Made by a program: the position numbers and the translations under genes | Notes under the pieces: model-generated | What the model was told of the DNA's origin: nothing | What the model saw: the letters and a program-made list of their open reading frames with translations, nothing else | Database searches by the model: none | Shown: positions 27,301 through 39,300 of the stretch, piece by piece | Layout of the letters: every line of letters starts with the position of its first letter | Numbering within the stretch: position 1 is the first letter of the stretch | Assembly: GCF_963676685.1 (NCBI RefSeq) | Contig: NC_092354.1 | Span: 17,980,001-18,044,000 of the forward strand | DNA: 64,000 bases | Source: Mytilus edulis | Lineage: Eukaryota | Direction of reading: 5' to 3'

Positions 27301-30300
27301 GCAGTTACGAAAAACACTTGATACAAATAAAGCACAGTTGAGACGAAAATACAGAATGAAAGATTTTGTCATCAATAATGACCAGTGGAAATTATTATAT
27401 GATCATGTTAAGGGTAAAAAGTTAACTCAGTAGGATATATTAATAATGTTAAATAGTTTTGTGTCTGCTACATTGTATCTGTAGTTATACTCAAGGACTG
27501 TTATAGGTAAAAAAAAGATATATTAATAATCGTTTTACCTGTGATACAATGAGTTTTGTAAATGGAAATTGACGCTTGTTTTAATAATGTTTACATTCCT
27601 TTCATTCTTGGGGATTCAACTGAAGTTCAAATGGATACGGATGAAAGTGAATAACGATATTTTTTTACTACTTTTGACAAAACTGAACCAAACTGGCTGC
27701 TACAAGAGAATTATTATTTCAATATTTAATTTATAATTTATCAAAAATTGAACATAAACAAATTATACTTTAATTAATTTTCTATATATCGTAGCTAATA
27801 TCAATTTAATTATTTCTTACAAGGTTTATAATTATATGTCTTTATTTCATTTCAAGGAAAAACACTTACTTCAGAGGATTTTGACTTAGGACTCATGATA
27901 TATCTATTACCAACAATTAAGTCTATCGACCTCGGGGATTTATATCCAGTCAAAACTAATACGAGAATCAATGCAACGCTTACCAGAATTAAATATATAA
28001 GAAATAATGTTATTCAAAGCATAGTCGAATCACATTCAGATGAAAATTATCATCAATTTCTGGATGATCTTGAAGAGGTAAGAACATTGTTGTTTGTGTT
28101 CGTGTAGTTGGTTGATTACAAACCTTTGATCAGTCTTCATGTCGTTTCATTCAATACCAGTTGGTAAAGAAATAGGGTTTGGTATTTTGATCATAAAAAA
28201 TACACTGAGAACAGACAAAAGTTTTGGTATTAAAACAACATTTACAGATAAGCAGTATTTTTTATGCTGCACATCTACATTTTGAAATCTCACCCCTTGT
28301 ATATTGTGATTAAACAAATAAGTTCAATAAACAATAACTGAACATAAATTGATATAAAAAAGACGTTAATTTCTAGTTATACCTGAGTTTAATTTTTTTT
28401 TTTAATCTAAACATAATGTGTTTGGCCTTTTTAATGTATGCACGAAAGTTTGAAGAGAAACATAAGTTGTCTTGCAACTAGTCACTTAAAAGAGCCCCGA
28501 TGACTGATTGTTCGAAGATGTTTAATAACTATAGGTGTATTCCACCATTGATTTTTCCCTATTAGTCTTTGTTAAATTGACACTTTTAAAAAAATTGTAC
28601 AGTATTTACCTTTATTTCAACCAAAGAAATACTTTGCATGTTTAAAGTTTAATCCTTTCCAGTGATACAGTGAAAATTTCACACTACATTTCATTGTATA
28701 TAAGAAAGTAACCTACGCCGGAAGTAAACAACCCAATTTTTACACTGTTATTTACTGGTTACCTGCTTTGGTAACTATGTAACCTTTACGTTCCAAAATA
28801 TTTTTTAAGACCATCAAATAAAAAAAGAATGATGCTTTGAGACATCCAACATACATATTTACGACTCAGAAAAATTTAAGTGCATTGAAATGCAGGGTTA
28901 ATTTTCTACAACTGTCAAATTCAAGGGAATATTTTTTTAGGCCTACTTTCGTTACATGATTTGGTGGTATTACACCTATACTGCTCGCATGTCAAAGCTA
29001 AGTAAGGAGTTTGAATCACGTACGCGGCAGCTTTTGTTGAATCAAATCCAGGTTTTCTGACTTCCTCAACCAATAAATATGACAACTGCTATATAGCCAA
29101 AACCAATCAAGCAATCAATAAATCAATTAATATTTATAGACAGTTGGTTTGTCAAGAAGCTGATTTCTTTTGTTTTCTTGAATTACGATCATGACAATGT
29201 TGCATTTATAATTAAACAGTTACTTCACAATAAGTTTCAGATTTATAACTTCTGCTAGTAAAATTCTACTGAATAAATTATACACATAATTTATCACATA
29301 TCCTATTTAATAATTTATACGTTCATGTTCTGCTAATAGATTTTTTTTAATAGGCTGTACTTAATTTGTTGCCACCACATACATATTTCAAGGAGAATGA
29401 CAAAGACAAGAAACAACTTATTGGTAAGATGCATTAGTTAATCAATTTGAAGGAAATCTTTGTTTTGTTTTTTTATGTTTGTTGAATAAACACTTGATTA
29501 TCACAAAATTGTTTTTTTTTTATTAATTCTCTAATTGCCAAGGGTACATAATTAAGAACCGTGTTTTAGAAATGCTCTAACGGCCTGGGAAGCAGAACAT
29601 GCAAGGGGCTAAAAAGGTTAACATTTTTCTATAGATTATGCGTTTACTAAATAAAACATGTTAATGCGAATAACAGATGTAATATTTCTGCCCCTTATCC
29701 AAAATATCCTCATTTTCATGGTATTCAAAATATCTCGCCCTTCAGTCTGCTTACATTAAGTAGTATTATCAGTGTGTTAATTTTTACTTAGTTCAATTCT
29801 TGAATATATATGACGTGAGTACCACTGAATAAAACAATCACAAGTGACCATGTATGTTTCCAATTTGCTTAAACCTAATTATTTGTATCCAACAGATGGG
29901 TTTGTGTTGCACCAATCTGAAGTGTGCTTTGTATATGTTGTATAGTGTTGTTGATTCCAGTTTGTTGTATTTTGATTATTCTTTAACAAAGCATTCTTAT
30001 AACTTTTTATCTTGATTTTTTTCGTTTATTTATTTCAGATAGACTCCTTTTATTGAATCCCATAAATGTTAACAATGATAAGCTGTTTGCCTTTATCGCT
30101 ATGTCTGAAATATATCCTTCTATAATACTACAGAAACTCATTTCTGAATTTTTGACATTAAATGAATTAAAAATAGAACAAGTACTAGAAGAAGAAAAAC
30201 ATCAGCTTTATCACAAACGACATAAAACAGAAAAATGCTGTACGTGCATAGAAATATCAGCAACATATATGAAAGTGCTTACCGAAGAACAATGGGAAGC

Positions 30301-33300
30301 ATTGTATGAATTGAGGGGTTGTACCAATAGTAATGACTGTAAATGTATGCTCAAAATATGTAGTAAATCAGTTGTTCCGAGGAAAGATTTCAAACTTGAT
30401 TCATGTGATTTGTCATTGGTCGTGTCACTGATTCTTTATATACCAAAAATATTGAAATATTTTCTTTGCATTTACGGTTTTCGCAACTTCTTGGTGAATT
30501 ATCAACATACAATTTACCATTATATGGAGAACAAGAGATGTTGTAAATGTAAAGAACAGCTAACTGGAAAATTAATACTAAAAGAAAAGGAATGGAATAA
30601 GATTTTTATTAGAGATAACAATAAATCTTGCCAGAACAGTAATAAGAACTGTTGTTGCCGTTATAAACCAATAGATGGAATCGAATGCTCAAACGTGAAA
30701 GCGACGTTGTTGTCAAAAATTGTATATGCGGCAGGCCCTATAAGTGTTCTTACAAAAATTGGACAAGAAACGTTCTTATACTTTATAAATTGGACAATTG
30801 ATGATGTAAAATTATCTGGGGCGTTAAAAGAACTATTAAGAATGATAAAACCAGATGAAACATTTTCTCGTGACATTTTACATCGGATAACATCCAGTAA
30901 CTTCACTCAACTAGATAAAACTTTGACACAACATATTAATCCGCATAGATGGATTTCAAGACACTTGCAACATCAACAGGTATGTCTTTTACTGTAATTA
31001 ATCTCCTAAAGCATTAAGAATGGAAACGGGAATGATGTCAAAGAAACCTCAATCCGATCTAATAGAATAAAACATCCCATGGCCACTAATGGGTCTTCAT
31101 CACAGCGGGAAAATCCCGAAAACAGAGGCGGGCTTTAGCTGGCATCTTTTACAAAAGTGTGATAAGAGAATGACTTCCATGTTAAAGGCCTCAAAGAGAC
31201 CTATAGTTGTTAATTTCTGTGTCATTTTGGTCTCTTGTGGAGAGTTGTCTCATTTGCAATCATAACACATCTTCTTTTTTATATAAACATAGGACATATG
31301 GTCAATACATACAAATGTCTTCTTTGAGATAACCACTGATTAGAATGAAATCATGCAGGGCATGGATATTCCTTATGCGAAGTTTAACCAATGTTATTAC
31401 TTTCACCATCCAAGATGGCAGCCAGCTGGAGACTTCGTTTTACAAAGGACTCTATAGACAATACTAACACATTTTTTCTTTTAGAGAACCCCTAAACGGA
31501 ATGAAATCAACATGGTATGAATGTTCCTGATTGGATGCTGACCAAGAGTTACTGTGTTGAAGCCCATCAACAATCGTAGGGGGCTTATAGCCGAGGACTT
31601 CGTTTAACATAGGACAAAATGAGCAATACATACAGATGTCTTCTTTGAGAAACCACAGACTGGAATGAAACCAAATATGGCATGAATGTTCCTAATGAGG
31701 TGTTGACCAATTGTTGTTACTTTGTAGCTGATTGATCATCAAAGATTGCCGTAAGCGGGGATTTACTTTAACACTGGACCATATAGAAAATACATACAAA
31801 TTTCTTCTTTTAGAGATAAGCTTAATGGAATGAAATCAAACATGGCATACATATCCCATGAGGTGCTGATCAAGTGTTGTAACTTTGTCGGCCATCCATC
31901 GTCCAACATGGCCGCCAGTTTAGACTTACATGTAGTTTACCATATGACCCTATGAGAAATGCATACAAAAATGCATACAACTGTTTTCTTTTAGGTAACC
32001 ACTGAATTGAATGAAACCAAACACGGCTTGAATATTCCTAATGAGGTGCTGGTCATGTGTTGTTTCTTTGTAGCCAATTAAACATCAAAGACGGCTGCCA
32101 GAGGAAACTTAAGTAATGAAAAACCCCTATGTGAAATACTTAAAAAAGTTTTCTTTTGAAGAACCACTGGATGGAATTAAACCAAACATGACATAAATGT
32201 TCCTTATCAGGTGCTCATCCGATCCACTAACAAAGATGGTTGTCAATGGGGAACTTTATTAAACAAAAGATACTTAGGGAAATGTATTACTTTTGAGGTG
32301 CTTACCATGTGTTGTTACTTTGTAGCTGATTTGTCATTACCAATATGAAGTAATTTTCTACAATTTCAATGAATTTGTGAGTGATTTCTGTACTTACAAA
32401 AATCTTCTGCGTTTGATTAATGTACGATGCTAAAATAAATATTAAATCTAATTTGGCCTCGATGATTATAAGTATATCAGTTATGATTTTAATCTCTTTT
32501 TTAACATGAATTCAAAAAAAGTAGAATCAGGTGAGCGACACATGCTCTTGAGAGCCAGTAGTTGAATTTAACCTAAATGGACAGTTTTCATTTTTTTTAC
32601 CCTGGTATCTATAATGACTTAATTTTTACAGTATTCGCACGGCATTTAGTTCATAGATTTTGAAAACATGTCTTTTTAATTTTTGTTCTCAGGCCACAAC
32701 TGGAAAATCTCTTCAAATTCTTCTACTCGATAAAGGTATGTAATGTTCATTAATAAATGATAATAGAAATACAAATTCAAAAAAAAAAGTTGTGATGTTT
32801 CACTACTGTCGCGGTTTAGCAGGGGAATGTTTTGAAATATCAGATTGTGTATGTGCATATTCTGAAATAGAAGACGGTTTTTCAGTATTTTTTTAGGGAA
32901 AGATTGCATGAAATGCAATCAAAACAATATGTTACTGCCTTGATATCTATTCCTTTCAAGGCTTATCACTACCTTTTTTACACACAAAATATAGTGCATT
33001 GATCGTAACAGTCTATACTTCCGATCCATGAACATTTCCAGAAATTAATCAATGAAATACATTATATATATGCTCAGATATTCAAGTCACAAAACGATGT
33101 TACGCCTGTCAAGAAAATTGCATGACTTTTGCAAGGTGCAGGAATATAATATCTGTTTTTAAAAAATAAACGGTGTCATTGCTAAAGTCATTTTTAAAGT
33201 ATGAAGATACATCTGTATCTCCCATTCTCCAGTATTGTAATTAAATCAACCACAACACATGCTTTATTGACAATTCAATATTCAATTTTACTTCCCACTG

Positions 33301-36300
33301 ATAAATTTACGCAGACTTTAAAAATAAAATTGAGAAAGGGAATGGTGAATATGTCAAAGCGACAACCACCCGACCATAGAGCAGACAACAGCCGAAGGCA
33401 ACCAATGGGTCTTCAATGTAGCGAGAATTCCTGCACCCGTAGGTGTCCTTCAGCTGGCCCCATAAAATATGCATAATAGCACAGTGATAATGGACGTCAT
33501 ACTAAACTCCGAATTATACACAAGAAACTAAAATTTAAAATCATACAAGACTAACAAAGCCCAGAGGCTTCTGACTTGGTACAGGCGCAAAATTACGGCG
33601 GGGTTAAACATGTTTATGAGATCTCAACCCTCCCCCTATACCTCTAGCCAATGTAGAAAAGTAAAAGAATAACAATACGTACATTAAAATTCAGTTCAAG
33701 AGAAGTCCGAGTCCGATGTCAAAAGATGTAACAAAAGAAAATAAATAAAATGACAATAATACATAAATAACAACAGATTACTAGCAGTTAACTGACATGC
33801 CAGCTCCAGACATCAATTAAACTGATTGAAAGATTATGTCTTCATCATATGAATATCAGGTACAATCCCTCCCGTTAGGGGTTTATTTACCCTTTTGTGC
33901 TCACAATAACTTTAAGTGTATTATTTGTTGCTATATATCATATTTGTTTTTGTATCTAGTAATGTGTCCATAAAGCAAGCCGTTGGTTTCCTCTTTTGAA
34001 TTGATCTATATTTATATTTTCATGGCCTTTCTAAAGCACAGTTACATATTGTGCTTAATAGTTATCAAAGGTACCAGGGTTATAATTTAGTACGCCAGAC
34101 TCGCGTTTCGTCTACATAAAACTCATCAGTAAATCTCATATCGAAATATTTAAGCCAAACAAGTTCAAATTTGAAGAGCATTGAGGGTCCAAAATTTTCA
34201 AAAAGTTGTGCCAAATACGGAAATACAGTCTGGGATAGTGAAAATCCTTTGTTTTTCGAAAGAAAAAAACATTTTTTTTTTTAAAATTTGTGAAAATTAC
34301 CATATTATTGACATTCATGTCAACACCGAAATGTTGACTACTGGCTGGTACGAAACAAAACGTCCACCAGCAGTTGCATCTACCAAGTAGTGTAAATAGT
34401 TATCAAAGGTACCTTAAAGTTGATGTTGTATAATGATCTTTAAATTATTAAGCAGGATCTGTTTCCGCTTCCGAATCACCCAATTTTTTAGTGTGGTTCG
34501 TATTGGTAAATCTTTTGTTTTCTGTGTTGTGTTTTGTGTACTGGTGTTTATCTTAACGTCGGGTTTTCAGGTTTTTTTTTTTTATTTTGCCATGGCATCG
34601 TCAGTAAGTTCCAGACAGATGAGTTTGGATATCTTCTGCCTCTGTTTATTCCTACGTCATTTTGTCATTATTGGCGTGTTGTCTTTAGAAATTTAAAAAC
34701 ACATCCTGTTATTTTTAAATGAACCTCGTTACATTCTCGATATGCGTTTTCAAGTTCTTGACTTCGTTTTTGTTCTGTTATACATGTTCCTTCAATATGA
34801 AATGAAGGATTTTTCTTCGAACTATTGTTGCAGTCTACATAAATGAAGATATTTGTTTTTGTAAGGGTGAACATTTACCGGATTTGTAATCACATAAGCA
34901 ACACGACGGGTGCCACATGTGGATCTGCCTACCCTTCCGGAGCACCTGAGATCACCCCCAGTTTTTGGTGGGGTTCGTGTTGTTTATTCTTTAGTTTTCT
35001 CTGTTGTGTCATGTGTACTGTTGTTTTTCTGTTTGTCTTTTTCAATTTTAGCCATGGCGTTGTCAGTTTGTTTTAGATTTATGAGTTTGACTGTCCCTTT
35101 GGTATCTTTCGTCCCACTTTTTTTAAACGTATTTTCACGTCTTAACTTAAGAAAGTTAAAACGAAATAAGTTACACAGTTTGCTACAAAAATTTTACGAT
35201 ATACATAGGGTTAGTAATTTCTTACGGTGTAAAAGAAAAAAGCTCGAACCCCATATGAAATTTACTGACCTTATATGTATCGTAGTATGTCAATAGCACA
35301 TTATGTTACCGTCTGTGACAATATGTGGCATTTGGACTAGTGGCATATCTAGCGATCAAGTTTTCAATATGAATAATTTCCCATGGTTTGTGTACAACAA
35401 ATGTCATCATTTACAATTTATTAGCTTTTAATGCATTTATTCCAATCGTCCAGTATCAACGTCTTCGTGTTTTGTCATTGTGAAACGTTTCAAATTTTTC
35501 TAAACGTCTTGTTCATGTTGTTGTTTATTTGAAGTAATAGGTAGTTGTGCAATTTTGCCGCATTTTCATGAAATTTTAGAAGCAGTTTGAGTATATAGAA
35601 CTGTAAATTGATAACGATGAAAATAGATATTAAGTAAGTTTTATACTTTTATATATATAATATACAGCCCTGACAATGTTCTGTAAAAACTCACAAGAAG
35701 TACAAATATATCAAATGCACGTAAATATTCCTTAAAATTGACATGATACTGCCACTAAAATGTCTGTTTTGTATGAAAGTAATAGGGGTTTCGAATTCGT
35801 ATTTGTTATAAATTACTCAACGGTTTCTCTGTGATATATTAAAACGTATAAAAATAGAAATTCTTACCAAGACGTCACGATCATTTTTGCCTTTTTTAAG
35901 TGCTTTTCCACGCTGTACAGAAGATTCAATTTTCATTCTAAAAAGATTATATCGGCGACCCCCTATAAATTTAATATCAATAAAAAGGACAGTTAGGTGA
36001 CTAAACGTCACTTTTATATAGAACATTCTTAGAACAGGCTTACAAAAAATATTAATTTTGAGACAAAATCCCTGTACTTATCTACTATATTCACATGTAT
36101 TTACTACATTTATTCTACTATTTTCCGGAAATTATATTTGTTATATCTCAAAAGTTCACAAAGTTCCATTATTTGAGATAATAATATAATGTGTAATATA
36201 CAATTCAATTTGGGAAGATGCAATCATATCTTAACTTATTAAATGAGTGCCCTTTAGGTTGTAGTGGATTTTTTTTTATTACAAATTAAAGCATTTTCTG

Positions 36301-39300
36301 TCTAAAATCTAATTGATAATGTCTTACATATCCTAAATCATTTAGGTAGTTGTGAATGAAACCTAGTATTTTGTGTGACATCTGTGCACATGATTTATTG
36401 AAACCTGTAAATATATTTACTAATTTTAGTTTTGAAATGACAGAACATATCTAATTCATATAACTAATGTTTAAAACATGTTTTTTTTAGGATTTAATCA
36501 ATACAAATCAATGTTTCCTTTGGTTAATTTGTTTTTATTGGCAAAATCTAACATGTGAATATACAGAATAAAAAAACATTTATTTGAAATTTTTCGTTTA
36601 GATGATTTGCATGTTAAAAGTGTACAGATCCCTAAAGATTTCCCTTTACCTCATAGAACGTAAGTAATAACTACAACCTTTGTTTTGAGAAAGTATTCAC
36701 CACAGGCATGCTATTGGTTGAAAGCGCAGTGTTGTTTATCAATTATTCTGAATAGAGTAAAACAAAATCATTTTGGCTCTATCGTTCTTCATTGGCAATA
36801 CATGAACACATTTAAAGTTAAAACTTAAATTCCTTACAGATAAAAACTGTATACTAATGCATCTCTCATTAAAAACACGTTATACCTCTTTTTTGGATCC
36901 TTTTATTGACTGCTTATTTATGTTCATACATTGTTGTACACCTTGCCAAATTACCTTTTTACCTTTGTATCCGTCGTTGTTCGTTAACTTAAGCAAACAT
37001 CTTCTCCTCTGAAACTACTTAATAGAATTTAACCAAACTTGGTCACAATCATAATTAGTTATAAAGTACAAACAAATATGTGTCCGATGACCCTGTCTGT
37101 TAGTCAAGATGGCTGAGAAAAAATAGTACATAGTGCAAAATGCATGTTTTGTCTTTCATCTTGAAAACCTATGAAAGGGAAAAATCTGGCAGAGCAGATA
37201 TGGTGAGAACATGGTTATCTGCCTGCTGTCCTTGTTCGTCAGAACTGCCTTGTAGGAGTTATAGAATTTTCTTAAAATCTAAAGTTTTATAAATTCTAAT
37301 AATGAAAATTTAAAGATTTTTATCTTTTGTAGAAATTATATGACAGATCTTACTACCGACGAAAATAATTTCTTAGTTGTAGTTTACGTACTAAAACAAA
37401 TACTATGTCCTGTGATAAAAAATGAATTTACCACCCAATGCCCTAAGCATGTATTAGATGAAATCAGAGATCGTATATCTGAACTGCAAAAACCCAGAGA
37501 CTTGCGTAAAGTTGAAAGTAAAAGCGGAAAAGAAAAAATTTACCTGACGCAAGATCAACAAACACGATTAATTTCGCAAAAAGGTGAGTTTATTTACAAT
37601 TTTGATAGCTTACAATGAAAGTTTTATTTTGTTTTACATATCATTATCCATGTTTGTATCTTTGAATCTTGCGCCATACTTTGTATATACTGCACATTAA
37701 ATTTTGTTCTAAATCTTAAGAAATTAACTTAATATATGTTCTTTATTACAATGTTCAAACGAACATAATATATGTATGTGCTTAACTTGCTGTAATTTTC
37801 TTGTTCCATTCTGCACCTCATTTTGAGTAATAAAAAAACTATTATTGTATAAATTTATATAAATAAGACCAGACTATTTTTCAAACTACCAGACACGGTG
37901 CACTTTTCGATGAACAAAGAAAACAGGACGTGTAAATGTTATGAACCTAAATTCTTAGATAGAAATAGGAAGATGTGGTGTGAGTGCCAATGAGACAACT
38001 CTCCATCCAAATAACAATTTAAAAAGTAAACCATTAGAGACTTTTGCAAAAGCTTCCCAGAACAGTAGGGACTATCTTACCTATAAATGACTACGTTATT
38101 TCCATTTCTGTAACTTTATGTTTGCTCTTATAAACAAAAATAATGACATGCAATATATGAAAGACTATGTGTTTAGCTGTAATGTTGCATATTTGAAGTA
38201 AAACCCTGAAATTTCATAAATATAGACCTTTAAGGAAAGTGACAATATTTTTGAACGAACAGTCATAACTTAACTGGTGTGTGCAAAATGTTCCGTGGAT
38301 CCATGACATCCTTGGCATCAATATACTGTAACAAGTTTAATATTAAATCAAATTATTATTTTCTGAATTTATATTGCTATTAGTAAAATATAGAAATTGA
38401 CAATATTTGTTCGTCTATTTTTTAGAAGTGTAAGAAAACTTCGATGGTTGATTTTTGTCTTAAAATGTTTGCGGAGCGTTCTTTAGAACATTACTTGATT
38501 GATTGCCAAAGAACTAAATGGGAGCCCATGTGATTGTTTTGTCAATAAAAGCAATAAATCTTGATTTTTAATGGCTACATTGGAATAAATTTAGATTTTT
38601 CGTATGCGAGTTAATCATGATGAGTTACAGATTTAGTTTAAGTTGTGTATCGCTCCGCTAATTTTTACCGAAATTACGGGCTTTGGACTTTGATAAATTG
38701 TTGAAAATCACAGTTATACGGACTTTTTTTCTATACGCCTTCAGATTTTGAGTTGATTTTTTATATGCGAGACTACCATTATGTTTATGTCCACAGGTGT
38801 TATTCAAATTGCAGATATTCAACTGTTTGTGACGGGCCGTTCGTGTCGCTTTGACACATCTAGTTTTATTGGTCACGTCGACTTGAACTTATATATTTTG
38901 ATCTTACATCTTAACATGCTTGAAGCTTATATTTCATCATAGGGAACACGTCGAAAGTTCATTTTTATAATTACTTCTAATAATATAAATACCTGGTCAA
39001 AATTTCATTGACTAATTAATTGAAAGAGAAAACTTTCTATTGTGTAACATGTAATTACAAATCAATTTGAAACGCACTGAACATAGTTATAGCGTTAACA
39101 AATGTTTATTTTTATAGGAGAAGAATCGAAGAACTTAGATTTGGAGCTGATGGTTTACATTCTGAAACAAAGATCCAATTCTGAATGGAACAAAAACTAT
39201 ATCGAGCATTTGGACGAGATTGAAAAGATCAGAGGGGAGATTGTTCAAAGCAAAAGTGGAACTTTAGACCAAACAACGTTCGAAGATTTTATGGACCGCA

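Noticed and set aside
34433-35296. Hydrophobic ORFs (also 3260-3628 and 1202-1492) that look like membrane proteins
   Set aside because: They are translations of T/G-rich repeat tails present in several copies.
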